Below are positions 42,441-56,638 of a DNA stretch of 64,000 nt, in pieces (position 1 is the first letter of the stretch; each line of letters opens with the position of its first letter). Origin of the DNA: Octopus vulgaris. Lineage: Eukaryota. The notes beneath the pieces were generated by a model. It saw nothing but the letters and a program-made list of their open reading frames with translations, searched no databases and was not told the DNA's origin. The position numbers were made by a program, and so were the translations under genes. The stretch spans positions 66,030,001 through 66,094,000 of the forward strand of contig OX597830.1 in the NCBI GenBank assembly GCA_951406725.2, read 5' to 3'.

Positions 42441-42660
42441 CCCTTTAGCATTCAAACCGGCCATATCTGGCCAAAATATTTAACCTGTTTTATATTGAAA
42501 CTGACCAGATCTCGCCTCTCACCTCAGCCCTACAATGTCATTCTAAAACTAAAAAATCACATCACTGAAATCTCTAAACTACAAGGTAATGCATGATTAA
42601 TTCAAACCATTTTAAATAAACAAACATCACATTTGACAGAATAATCTGAACACTAAAGGG
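42441..42660. mobile_element. piggyBac-like MITE
   Basis: TTAA|CCCTTTAGCATTCA ... TGAACACTAAAGGG|TTAA. Confidence 0.88.
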
Positions 42661-42934
42661 TTAAGTCAATCCAATCCCTGAGAATGACAATGATTGCGTG
42701 GGGTTGGTGGGCTGCGAAAAGTAGTAGTGGTGGTGGGTGGAGTCAGAAATTATATGGAAGCTCATTGGACAAGCTGTCTTCGGTCCTTGGCGGTTGACCT
42801 CATCCATCGCCCTGTACAGCACAATTGCTTGGCCCTAGGGTGCTTTTTACATTGACAATTGTGCGCATGTTCTCAAGTTTGAAAAAAACCCAAACTAATT
42901 TGATGTCTTAGTTTATTGTTTTCTACTGCATAAC

Positions 42935-43030
42935 CTGTAAGTCGTGGTTTCTTCCTCTGCTTCTCCACTCCATCAGACACGAAGGGTCTGTAAAGGTCAC
43001 GGTCGTTGTTCCATTAAAATAAAAATCCAT
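42935..43030 (-). CDS. Candidate first coding exon MDFYFNGTTTVTFTDPSCLMEWRSRGRNHDLQ, product unknown
   Basis: ATG at 43030 (minus), 32 codons, CAG|GTTATG weak donor; unique sequence; no homology recognised. Confidence 0.2.
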
Positions 43031-44436
43031 AAAAAAATTATCAAAAACTTGTATCTGTATAAATATGTTTCTCCCTTTTTTTCCGTTAACAGTGAGGCTG
43101 ATTTTGCCAGATCGAAATTCACTAAGACTCTTTCTTCCAATGAATGAATGAATGAATGTTATTTATTTATTTATTTATGGTTGTTTGTTTGTTTGTTTGT
43201 TTGTTTTATGGGTTCGAAAAGAATGATAAAATCGATTCTTCTGATTCTATATCAGAATGATTATTTTTACCCTGCACTGACATGCTATATAGTTTGTTGT
43301 TTGAAGGCCATAGTTGTTCAGTCTATTCGGAATTGACAAATAAATAAATAAATAGAGGGTGGCGGTGGTGGAGGTAAACGAGAGAAAGAAAGAAGAGAAA
43401 ACGAAATGAGAAAGAGAAAGAGAGAGAGGATAGGGAAGAAAACGTGATCAATAATTATCGATCGAAGGGAGATAACCCTACAACAAGGTAGTCAACGAGC
43501 ACTGACTCTGAGCAGGTAAAACGTCAGTAGGCTGCAGTTTACTGGTGCACATACATATTTATATAGCTTCCTGCTGCAATCAACTAAGCATACGGAACAT
43601 AATAATAGTACTGCACGCTTCAAAGGAGTCCAAGGTGCTCGCTTTGATGACTGATCTTCAACGGATTAGACCCACCCCCCGCTGTACAATAACAAGGAGA
43701 TGCGATCACTGGTGAAAAAAAAGCGAAACTAACATCTGGGTGTGTTATTGTTTATTCTTCCTTTTTGAATGTTGTTTCTTGTCTGTCTTTTCTTTTCATT
43801 TGTTCTTTGGAATATGTTGTATCGGTTCTGATTGTGAATGAACAGTGTAGTGTGCCTCCTGACAATGAATGACTCGCTAATTACTACTTTTATTTCGTTA
43901 CAAATACCTAAAATCAGAGGTATATATACACATATATATATATATATGTATATGTGTGTATGTATGTATAGTAGAGAGAAGTTCATCGCTTTCTTAAGTC
44001 TAAGAAATAAAGTAAAATAAGAATTATAGCGTTACAGCTGAGAATATATACACATCGTTCTTTCACAATTTATTTATAATGACATGCACACAGACTCAAT
44101 ACATACAAACATTATACACACTACCGCCCCCCTCATATTATATAATATATATATATTTATTTATTTATTTATATTTATATATACATACGTATGGCAGTTG
44201 TCCATGAATTAGAAACAAAAAGCACACTCGATGTAAATTATAAAACGGGTATATAGTTATATCTTTATAATCGTCAAACAATATTGTTTGATATCTACAC
44301 ACACACACACGTATATATATATATATATATCTACATACATACACACACACTCATATTTGTGCATGTCCGTAAGAACAAGGCTAACAGAGTTTGAGTTAAA
44401 CAGAACCACATAAAATAATTACACACACACATAAAT

Positions 44437-44474
<38 letters not shown>

Positions 44475-47400
44475 CTAGCGCGAACACGTGTACATCAAAT
44501 TCTTGACATTGCCAATTACAAGAGCTTGTGTTAAAAAGCAACAGTGTCTTGTAGTTAGTAATAATAGTTATTTTATGCAAAATTATGTTAAAAGTTTTGA
44601 AATTCTGCTGCTTGAAGTTATTCGAAATGCTTACAATATAATTTAATTTGTATTTTTATCTCAATCATACAACTAACCTTATGCTGTTGTTACCACATTT
44701 TTACAGTGTGGGTTTCCTTGTTTCATTTTTATGATTGTCAGAAAGTGGGAATACCCACGCATGCCGCCTTATCCGAATTATTTCCATTCGCTTCTTAGTC
44801 ATTGTCCTTTTTTCTTTTCTTCTTCAATGTGGCTTAACAGAATTTTGAAATATTTAAACATGTGTGGAACAGACCGACAGTTTTATTCCTGTGTTTATTA
44901 TATTATATATATTTTCTGTTGAAATGAGACAGACAGACACACACACACACACACGGGTGTTGTTATAGAATTCTGTCTATGGTTTTCCTGTACGGGGAAA
45001 GCCTCTCTTCAAACTTCACAATGGTAACTCGGTGCTTTTAACCGTCTCCCTTTTGCTCGTCTATAACGATGGAAACAATGACCGATTTTCTATAAAACAA
45101 TGCCTGACTTGTTTTATGGCTGCAGGCACTGCAGACACAATTTAAAGAAGCTGGAGCCGGTGTTGTTTTAAATAAATGCTATATGATCTATCTATTCGTT
45201 GTTATTTCATTTAAGACAAATCTATATCAATTTAAGGAGCAATAGAAGAAAATGTAATTATTATATTTCTAATTTAGCTTGTCATTTTTCTGTCTTAATT
45301 TCATTTAAGGCAGATGTAGACAGTTGTAATTATAATGTAGGTGTAATTGTTATATATTTCTAATTTCTTTTCGCTTTTGCCTGAGTGTCTCAGGATGCGG
45401 TCTTCTTGCGAACGTATACAGCTTAACATTTAAAAATTAATGTATCTCATCTTTCTCTCCATCCGATGCTAATTATATAGCGTTCTTAGACATATAAATT
45501 TTAAGACAATAGGGTATGATTTAAGGGATATTTGACTGCTATTTTTAGCAGAGCAAGCGACTACGTAGAGGCTCTCTTGTTGGCTCATTAAGAAAGCTAA
45601 TTATCTCCTAATTAATAAACGGAAATCTCTCACCAAGCTGTGAATGTGACCGTTTCGATTCTTTTGACTGTAGCGATTTAATTTAATTCACTTCTGTCGT
45701 TAAAGTCCTTGAGAGATGGATGAATGTCACACATTCTTACATCATTTTCCCTTTGTAAACTCGGCAGCTGTAAAGAATTAATGTTGCTGAAATTATTGTG
45801 GCGGACACTAACCAACCGATCAGTGGTTTCAATTCCGATTTAAACAATAGTGCTTTATTTATGGCGGTAATGCCTTTGGGAAGACACGATTGTCAAATAA
45901 TAACCATTTTCTCATTTTCAAAGTCTTTTGTGTTACAGCAAAACAAACCAATAGTATTTATCCAGTTGATTGATTTGTATGTGGTCAACAAACCTTGTCG
46001 GATCTATCGTCCCTTAGGGAACTTCTATGTGGCCGTTCGAACTGGCTAGTAATAGCAGCCAAACTTTCAACTCTTGTCCAGTCATCTTAAAAAGGGAAAG
46101 AAAAAATAACGAAGGACACATAGGACGAAATAAGCTTGGATGCACAAAAAGATGGGATGGTCACGGTTTGGACGCTGTTGATCATAGGCATGACTGGATC
46201 AAGATTAACCAGTGGTTAAATAACAATATACTGTCTTCGCTAATGGGTCTGCTTTGCCAGGATTGATCCGAGGGGCTAAGCAACCACATCAAACCGTAAT
46301 TCATCAAGCTTAATTAAAATGCAAATCGAATAGAAACTTTGAAAAACTAACACTTGGAATAGATAAATCGGTTTTCATTCTTTATTGTGGAAGGGGGCTT
46401 CATTGTACATCATCTTTCGAGGAGAGAAATTATAAAGAAAAATTAAAAACGAAAACGCATGGACACAATTTCGATTTTTTTTCCCATGCCCGAAGCAGGA
46501 AAAAAAAAAGGAAAAGGAAAACAAACGTTACATAGACTTCTAGATAAACTATTTAGATTTCACAGTTGATTTTTTTATAAGTCAGTTCTTTGTTCGGATC
46601 ATAATCTCTCTCTTCACAGCCAATATTTGGGCGTTGAATATTAAAAAAAGGTTATCTTGTCACGATATGATATGCTTCATTAGATTACAGTTCGCGCATT
46701 ATTATTGTTGTACACCCTATGACTAATAACAATTATCTACTTCTTCCCCCACCACCTCTCTCATACAAGCTCAGTCAGCTGAAAGTAAATCTTTTTATAC
46801 CCTCACACAAAACACTATATGAATCAGCTGCAGAGTACTTGACCGGCACTTTATTTTATCGAGCCGGAAGAATGAAAGGCGACGCCGAGTTTAAATCCCT
46901 TCGAGGTCGACCTCTATGGAGAACGTAAAGGCTCGTCCGACGCCCCAGCGAATTTGCCAATTACATCTTTTTCTGTCTCTACTGGAAAATCTTCCAGCCG
47001 TGCCTTCAGCATGATAAATATATAGCTAAATGTAAGCTACCCTACATTAGATGGTGAACCGAAAATAACGACTAATTTCTTGAAATTACAAATCTAATGA
47101 AAAAAAAAAAAATTGTAGCGTCAATGAAAATTTGTTGTCAGAGGAAATAAGGGAGAGAACTCTTGAAAATTTAAATCTACTTCTAGGTTGAAATATGCAA
47201 GAAGGTGCGGGGCAGAGAAATGAATTTGATCATAGCTGATAAGTTCGGACACGTTCTGATCATATTTGAACCTCCTTGACAAATCTTAAATCAACTAAGA
47301 ATTTGTGTCAAGAGATATACTCTTTTTACTCGTGTATAATACGAGAAACTTAACGCCAAAAAATATCAGGGTAAAATTAGTGACCTGGGTGAGAGGCAGT

Positions 47401-48789
47401 GTATTCGTGAGAAATATATTTGGGAAGCAAAACTAAACTACTTCCGTCTCAGCTCACCAGACAACATACGCACAATCCCTCTCGCTCACACACACACACA
47501 CGCCGTCAGTTTTCTGGACCTCCAACCACGTCTTTCATTGGCCCCTAGATGGGGAAGCATTATGCTTGTTGGTGGGGGGGGGGGGGTAGATAAAAGGGAT
47601 TATTGATATTTAGGTACAAAATGTCGGATCGCGAAACTTGCTGAATTTGCCATGAGCCCTCGGACTCAAAGCCGAAATTTAATCCTGTTTCCATGGTGTA
47701 GTACAAAAGCCCCCTTGCCCCCTAAACGGGACATGTCGGTCTGTCGCAGGGAAAACTTCCCGGCTATTGCTAGAATTCGTTTACCGCTGAGTGGACTGGC
47801 GCGACATGAAACGAAGTGTTTTGCTCAAGAACACAACGTATCGCTCAGTTTGGGGAATCGAAATCAACATCCTACATGAGTACTACACCTTAGCCTCTGG
47901 GTCACGTGTCTTCACTGCGTTACCTGTCCTTGGGTAAAATACAGTGGTACTTTTTTTTTGTGTGTGTGATTATAGACACACGGCCTGAAATTTCGAGGGG
48001 AAGAGCTAGTCGATTATTCTATTAAAACTGAAAGGTGCAGTCGACCTCGGCGGAAATTGAACTCAGAACGTAAAGACGGGCAAAATGCCGATAAACATTT
48101 TGTCCGACTCGCAAACAATTCTGCCAGCTAGACAAATTAAAATAGGAATTTTCCCAGGGTGCCTTCTGCACGAAACCCTTATGTATAAGTGCAAGCTATC
48201 ATTTCTGAAGCAGCGAAACGAAAATAACTTTTACTTAATTGAAATTACAACCTTAATGAGTAAGAAAAAAATTAATTGATGTTAAAAATAGTTTTCAAAT
48301 GGCTTATTTTAATAGGAATTATGCAGGGATTAGAGAGGAAGGAAGTTGGGTCTTTTGGCAGCCGTAGTGACAACCCCAGACGTGTGTTTAATTGTACCGA
48401 GAGAAAATTTTCGTTCATTTTCATTACTTCTATTTTTCATTAGGGTTATAATTTTAATTAATTAATTAATTACATTTTTTTTATCACCATTTCAAGTATG
48501 GTATTTTGTTCCTAACTATATAGCTACACGTTCTACATACAGAGAATATGTTTGGGAAATTTTCCAAAATCATTTAAAAACTTTATATATATTTTTAATC
48601 TTTTTTCTCACTAGATTTGTAATTTCAATAACTTAGAAAATCATTTTCGTCTCACCATTCTTAAGTATGGTTAATTCATAATAAGCCTTTTGTGCTTCCT
48701 TCTACCTAATCTATTAACACACTAAAAAAAAAAAATTTTTTTTTCGACCATACGGTCACTTATCTTCTGAAGTACAATTTCGTTAATGC

Positions 48790-49440
48790 ATAAACAAACA
48801 CACATCATAAGACAGACAAGCATACAGACAGACAGAGATACAGACAAACAGGCATACATACATAGACAGACAAACAAACAAACAGGCATACATACATACA
48901 TATAGACAGACAGACAGGCATACATACATACAGACAGGCCATACATACATTCAGAAAGAGAGACAGGCATACATACATAGGCAGACAGAAGACAAACAGG
49001 CATACATACATACATACAGGCAGGCATACATACACACATACATACATACATACATACATACATACATACATACACACACATACACACACACACACATACA
49101 CACACACATACATACATACATACATAAATGCATGCATGCATACAGGCAGGCAGGCAGGCATACATACATATACAGACAGACAGGCCATACATACATACAG
49201 ACAAACAGGCATACATACATAGGCAGACAGACAGGCATACATTCAGGCCAACATACATACAGGCAGGCATACATACATATAGACAGACAGACAGGCATAC
49301 ATACATACAGACAGACAGACAGAGAGACAGGCTTACATACATACAGACAAACAGACAGACAGGCCATACATACAGACAGACAGGCAATACATATATAGAC
49401 AGGTATACATACATACTGACAGACAGGCATACGCACGCAC
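48790..49440. repeat. Compound (CATA)n/(CAGA)n/(CAGG)n microsatellite
   Basis: Direct inspection. Confidence 0.95.
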
Positions 49441-49903
49441 GTGTGTAGGCGGCGAGCTGATAAAATCGTTGGCGAGTCGGACAAAATGCTTGGCAGTGTT
49501 TTTCTTTTTCCGGCTTTGCGTTCCGGACCCAAATTCCATCAAGATCGACTTTGCCTTTAATCCTTTCGAGGTTGGTAAAACAGGTAGCATTTGGGACGAA
49601 ACAATCGATTTACCTACGCCCTTAAAATAGTTGGCCTGGCGCCAAACTTTGAAACCATAAACATACATATGCATACATAAAGACATACACACACATATAT
49701 GCAAATATACATGCATACATACACACATACATATATCAATGCACACATAAATACATGCACATATATACATACATAACACACACATGCATAGATACGCATA
49801 CATGCATGCATATGTATATACATACACATTCATATATATACATACGTACATACACACATGCATACATACATACATGGATACATACACACAAACATACAAT
49901 ATA

Positions 49904-50041
49904 TGGCGTGGCTGTGTGGTAAGAAGCTTTGCTTCCCAACCACACAGCCACACAGTTCCGGGTTCAGTCCCATTGCGTGGCACTTTCGGCAAAGTCTTGT
50001 GAGTGGGTTTGGTAGATGGAAACTGATAGAAACCCGTCGTA

Positions 50042-50117
<76 letters not shown>

Positions 50118-50310
50118 CGAATCTTTGTGTCTGCCCCCACCTCATTACAACCGGTGTTGGTGTGTGTTACGTTCCCGTAACTTAGCGGTTCGGCAAAAGA
50201 GACCGATAGAATAAGTACTAGGCTTTCAAAGAATAAGTCCTGGGGTCAGTTTGTTCGACTAAAGGCGGTGCTCCAGCATGGTCGCAGTCAAATGATTGAA
50301 GCAAATAAAA
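49904..50310 (+). mobile_element. SINE family A
   Basis: Head, (TA)n and tail present. Confidence 0.85.
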
Positions 50311-51248
50311 ATTATATGTGTCTGTGTGCATATACACATGCATGTATACACACATTAGATTCCGACACTAGCTTCTGTATCCCTAAGTATTTGCAGCATC
50401 GGGTGAAGAGCAGACAAAATAAATTTATTCAAATTGTGCCCCACATGCCTTATATATTCGTAACAGTTTGGGATCTTGTCTCGGTGGTATACGGACCTAT
50501 AAAAGAGTGAGTGTACGAGCCAATGAACCGACCCTACGCTGTTGCTCGACGTACTAGATAAAAGTTACAAAACTCCCTCAAATCATGCCCCATCAAATTG
50601 AAAAGAAAATGGACACGTTTGCTATTGTAAATTTAGATAGACAATGGCCAAGAATGGGTTGGAATAACTAAGGTTAATTGAGAGCTAGATTCAAACTCGG
50701 ATTTTGTTCACAAAACAAAGAAAGGCAATCTTTCGTCTCTAGTAGACCTTTCCGTCGATTTCCGTAAAAATTTTTTTTTTTTTTTACATATGGGCTTTCG
50801 GGATCTTTTGAAGTAATGAGAGCGAAAGAGACTAAGAGAAAGCGATTGTATGACGAGGGAAGTTCTTTTGAAGTTACCGTACATGGGAAGCATTGATGTA
50901 CATGTGTGTGTGTTTGATGGGGTGTGGGAGACAGACAGTATGTTGTGTAAGTGAAGTGCTTCTGTTAGTGTGTGTGAAAGAGAGAGATAACTGAAATTTT
51001 TTACTCGTTGTATGTGTATATGTATGTATATTACTTCAAAAGTGCCCGCAAGCTCATATGTAAAAAAAAAAAAAACGGCAGTCGACGAGTGACGAAAGAT
51101 CGCCCAAAGAAAATATGCTTGCACTCATTCATAAGTACAACTTAACTGTAAACACACTTGAGAGGAGATAGGTCTCTCGGAAACAGTGTTAGGGGTCTGG
51201 TTTCGATATCTTGGTAACACACGTTGCTTAATATATTTCGGCAAGTTA

Positions 51249-51705
51249 AGGCGGCAATGCGACAGAATAGTTAGCACGCCAGGCCAAATTCTTAGCGGCA
51301 TTTCGTCTGTCTTTGCGTCCTGAATTCAAATTCCGTCGAGGTTGACTTCACCTTTTATCCTTTCAGGATCGATAAAATAAGTGCCAATGAAGCTCTTGGG
51401 TCGATGTAAGCGATTTCCCGCCATTGCCGGAATTACTGGCCTTGTACCAAAATTTGAAACCAATATATTTTGACAAGGCGAGTGAATTGGCAGAATCGTT
51501 AACACGCCGAGCAAAATATTTAGCGGCATTTCGTCCGTCTTTATGTTCTGAGTTCAAATTCCGCCGAGGTCGACTTCACCTTTCATCTCTTCAGGGTCGA
51601 TAAAATAAGTACCAAATGAGCACTGAAGTCGATATATTCAACTAATTTCCTCCCTTGAAAGTGCTGGCCTTGTGCCAAAATTCGAAACCAATATATTTTG
51701 GCAAG
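51249..51705 (+). mobile_element. Two tandem family B SINE variants
   Basis: Both end in TGGCCTTGT.CCAAAATT.GAAACCAATATATTTTG. Confidence 0.8.
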
Positions 51706-51852
51706 TTATGAACGGCATAACACCTATTTCCCTTCCAAAATCCATCAAACTCACCACTTATTTGGTTGAAGCGCTTCTTTCTTTTATTTGTTTCAGCCAT
51801 TGGACTGCGCCCAGGATGGGGCACCGTCTTGACGGGTTTAGTAAAAGAATTC

Positions 51853-52112
51853 GGGATCTTTTCCTTTTGAACGGCGCATGTCAACACAATTTCTTGTTAA
51901 CTAAACACTTTAAAACTTCGTATACTGGTAGAATGTGTCAAAATAAAACATTTTTTTCCTCTTGGCTTTCTTGATAAAATTGTAATTCGTTTGCTTAACG
52001 TAGTTTAATTTTTCGAATTTTAACCAATCAATTGCCTCTAATTGAGCTAAAATCATTTGCTGCGTCTAAAACTGAGACAACATCCTGTCACTAACCCTCA
52101 CCCTCACCCTAA
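51853..52112. mobile_element. Unclassified DNA-element fragment with (TAACCC/TCACCC) repeats; related copy inverted at ~27850-28067
   Basis: GGATCTTTTCC...AAACTTCGTATACTGGTAGAATGTGTCA...TTAACCAATCAA aligns with the reverse complement of 27890-28067; Helitron/Helentron-like by recollection only. Confidence 0.45.
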
Positions 52113-53632
52113 ATTTTAGCCTTTCGTTTTTTTTTTTTAATATACGTAAAGATGAAATCGATCTCTCAGTTTTTTTTATCGCTTATTCTTGGTTTACAAC
52201 TAATTTTTCTCTCAGAGTAAGGCCTAGGCCCTTGGATTAGAAACTGTCAAATTACCATTTCTTAAATGATAGTGATAATTGTTGTCATAGTTACCACTAT
52301 AGTCGCATGTCTACTATTTTAACGTATATTCCATGCCTCTTCTGCATGTACCAAGCCTTATGAAGCCTGTCTCTAGGCACCCCTACGAACATCTGTTGTC
52401 TATTAACTTTATATGCACTTCTGTACCCTGTCGAGACAAAGTGACCCACTGGTTAAAGTATAAGACTATCTAATAAGGGAGCGTTATTCTATATACCCAC
52501 TGTAAGTGTCTCGTATTTCTGGGCAAGCTAGCTTATTTTTACATTGCTGAAATTCACTGAATTGGCGACGTGGGGAAAAGGTACTAAGTTCATCTGAAAA
52601 TGTCACCTGCGATAGACTGACCTTTTTAGCCAGCGGAAGAGTTATCGCCCATCCACTTTACGCCTTGAAACCGCAAGCTTAAGATTGGCTTGTCAAAAGA
52701 CAGTCGGTGCTTCAGAAGTGGGCTTCTTTTTTTCTTTTTACACACACCGGCGTAATAATTTGTGTTACACCTTTATTATAAAGCGCTCGTGGACGCAATG
52801 GACTGCTACCTGTAGTAGAATTTGAAATTGATCTTAAAAAAGCGTGCCTTTTAAATAAACCTGAACTGTGCTCACTAAAATACTGCACCACTAACCGGAA
52901 AAAGAAAATCGCACACACACGCGGAGGGCTCTATATGGTTACTCGCTTGCTAAATATAGCAGCCAAATATCCGGTCTTAGAAGAGAAGGACATTCTTTAG
53001 ATAATGCAATCCGATATGCTCATGAAAAAATAATTAGAAGATATATTATGCCTGAATAATAAAAAATAAATAGATCGTCATAGTTGGAACGCCTTTGATT
53101 ATAGGTCTGTTTGACAAGGGCAAACCTAGGAGTAAAGAACAACAATAACAGGCATTGTCAACCTGTCTTTTTCCAAACAACAATGGCTTCTTTATGTGGT
53201 TGTTCGACTAGCTAGAAATAATAGCCAAATCTCTCTGAATCCACACCTTATCGTGCAAAAGAGGAACATGTTGATTACTGAAGTTCATTATTCTCGGAAG
53301 AAAGAGAAAAAAAATGCACAGTAGGGGATTGGAACTATCGCTGCTAGCATGAATCTAAACAACGTAACTCGCCTTCTAAAGAACTGTTTAGTAGAAAGAA
53401 AAGCTGGGAACGTTGTTGTATAACTTTTCCTAAGTTTATGGGAAATGAAATAGCTTCAACTGGGGATTGAAACTGCGTCGCAGTATTAATTCTCTTTAGT
53501 AATTACCAACTTTTTTTTTATTCTCAATCCACGAAAAACGTACTAAAAGTACATAAAGTATTCTTTTCTACTCTAGGCACAAGGCCCAAAATCTTTGGGG
53601 AGGGGGGCAGTCAATTAGATCGACCCCAATAT

Positions 53633-54094
53633 GGGCAAAACATCCGCCCGTCCCCGCCAAAAATCACCCGTTAAAAAAATTTTTTTTTTCGACGGGGAAT
53701 GCGAATCCGCAAAAAATTTGGCAAAAATCATCATTTTTAAATAAACCCCACCTCACCCTCAACCTCATTTCCTTCATTTTTAAAAACTTTTTTCAGAATT
53801 TTTTTTTTCAAAATATGCAGAAAAATACGGAGATATTCTGAAAAAAAATTTCCCAAAATTTTTGTAAAATTTTTTTTTGATAAATATGCAGAAAAATACG
53901 GACATTGGGGCGTTAGGGTTAGGGAAAAAAAAGTCAAAATTGAAAAATTTAGGGAGGAAAGAGGATAAAATTTAACAATGCCGCTTTTTGGTAATTTTCC
54001 GGAACCTCCGTATCCGAAAACTGGGGGTTTTCACAAAAGAATTTTTTTTTAAACAAATTAGGGTGAAAATGAGTGGAGGGCGGAAGTCTTTCTC
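53633..54094. mobile_element. Unclassified TIR element inserted into a family B SINE
   Basis: CAATAT duplicated on both sides; imperfect TIRs GGGCAAAACATCCGCCC / GGGCGGAAGTCTTTCTC; the SINE resumes at GCAACTGGTACTT. Confidence 0.65.
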
Positions 54095-55514
54095 CAATAT
54101 GCAACTGGTACTTAATGTATCGCCCCCGAAAGAATGAAAGGCCAGCTCGCCGCCTTAAATACGTAAAGTATTAACATGGTATTAAAAAGTTTTGTAGAAT
54201 TTAAATTGTTTTAAAAGAGAGGCGAGTAGACACCTTGTTCTTTGATGCAAAGGAATATGCATGCACCGATAGGATGTCTTAAAAAAAATAAAAACACCCA
54301 AGTTTTGCAAAATATCCTAGCACTTTCCGACTCGCCTCCAAAACTTGCGGCACATTTGTGCTTTATGTGTGTTTTGCAAACGTCTAATCCAGCAAAAAAT
54401 CCAGAATCCAAGGAAACAAATGTGTGTCAATTGGAGAGTTGGATAAGTATATTCGGCGCGAGAGTTTATAAAATCGTTTTCAGGGTTAACCTTTCTTCCG
54501 GGAGGGAAGGAGAGGGAAAGGTGCCATTGTCACCCTCAATGATTGGTACAAAGAGTACCGAGGGTCCGTACGTTTGATTCTTATCAGCACTGCAATGAGA
54601 TATGGGTTAAAATAATTGATTCTCCAATGTCACAGTCTGTCTGGCTGTACGTAGTTCCACAGCTCTGAAACAATTTTCTGCTGTTGATCCTTAAATATGT
54701 TTTTGCTATGACCATCGAGGGTCTGTGGTGTGGAGTGGATTGAATCAAATCCTTTACTGTGTCACTGCGAAGCGGACTTCTCAACTATATAGCGATTAGT
54801 GGGAAAACATAAATTAGAAAGAGTATATAGCCAGCAGGAAAATCGCATGCGACGTAACTGGGCGCGAGACGAGAAGGATAATGATGAGTGGGTTCGGATT
54901 TTAGTAATCAATGTATCAGTTAAAGGTCAGAATCCGTTGTAGTAGCAACAGGAGAAAGAGAGAACACCAGAACACGTGAAAGTCGTTGCTGAGCCCTTGG
55001 TTGATCAGACAACAGATTTTCCAAGAAAACCTAATCACTACATTGTCCCCGTTTTTCTTCTTCTAAGACGATAAAGTGTAATTTGGGAGACGTTTGACTG
55101 TTATTCCAAGTAGGTCGAACATCCGTGTAATGATATCCTCGTTGACGAGAGAAAGAAATAGTTGTAGGCTATATTGTTAAATAAAAACTTGTCTATCAGG
55201 TTTCGCGGCATTTTTCTGCCGTCCTCACAATATCTACTTTATCTTTGTGTAAGCGTGCGTGCTACTGTATAACTACAGGTTACTCCCAATCGAACAGACC
55301 TATGATCAAAAGCACTCTAACCGTGACTGCAATTACGGGTATCTAATACTACTTTATCTTTCCTGTGTTTGCCCTCTTTTAAAACGTAGTGGGTGTGTGA
55401 TTTGAGGAAGATCCAATTGGTTTCTAGCAGTCGAGCGACCACCTAGAGGCTCTCTCTTATTGACACGAATGTGTGGTGCGAGTAATATGTGTGGCAATGA
55501 TGTGGATAGGATGT

Positions 55515-55568
<54 letters not shown>

Positions 55569-56311
55569 TAAAAAGTGAGATAATGGTTATGAGTGTAACC
55601 CACTATGGGATATCAGTTATCCAATATACTGTTAGTGAAGTACCCAAAAGGCTAATACATAAATGCTAATAATTGTAATGCAATTAGTTCATTTATTGAA
55701 TTAGATGGGCGAAGGTAAACTATTTTACCTCAAAATCTTACTTATTGATGTATATTGTTTTATTCTGTTGGATTTGGATGTTCCTATTTAAGTAGTTAAT
55801 TAATAATTTGAATTGGTATTATCTGTAAGTCGATGATTGAAAGGAATCTGTTCCTCCATTTTCGTATTTGTGTTATATATATATATATATATATATTTGC
55901 AGAAGCCTTGTTTTGGTTCTTCACGGTTCTGAATTCAAATAAACTCAAAACTTCAGATTTACCCTTTCACCCTTCGCTGCCCTTCGTCAAAATATCTACT
56001 TCCTGACTGAATTGCTAACAACAGCGATATAACCCCCCCCCACTTCCAAATAATAAAGACAGGGCAGAACAAGCACTACAACATTGACGGTCAAGTGTCA
56101 CACGTAATTTCTCGCTCCCCATGAAACATTCTGATATGATTTTATTTAATTATTACTAAGGAGAACGACGGATAACAATGACCCCGTGACCTTTTTTCAA
56201 AGGCTCCGAAACCGTAAACTTGACCCGATTACTTGCAACAAAATAGACTCTTCACTGGCCGGGTCATTTTTTTTTTTTTTAGTTGAGCGACAGGTAGCCT
56301 ACAACCTTAGA

Positions 56312-56354
<43 letters not shown>

Positions 56355-56361
<7 letters not shown>

Positions 56362-56526
56362 TACATTATATAATTAGGGCTTAGTAAAATAAATTACTTT
56401 GCCACATACTGGACTTAGTAGAAATAGCAGCCAAAAAAAAATAAAAATGGCTGCTATTTCTACTAAGTCCAGTATGTGGCAAAGTAATTTATTTTACTAA
56501 GCCCTAATTATATAATGTAATATTTT
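56355..56526. repeat. Perfect 79-bp inverted repeat with 14-nt A-rich spacer
   Basis: 56355-56433 is the exact reverse complement of 56448-56526. Confidence 0.95.
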
Positions 56527-56607
56527 GAATTCGCCTTAAATGGTCCTTTTACATACTGAACACTTGGTGAAATTGATTAATTAATTAATTTTACCCTCAA
56601 TTGTTGA

Positions 56608-56638
<31 letters not shown>

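Noticed and set aside
42819-42864. GCACAATTG...CAATTGTGC hairpin as a possible pre-miRNA
   Set aside because: Only 9 bp of stem with an unpaired interior
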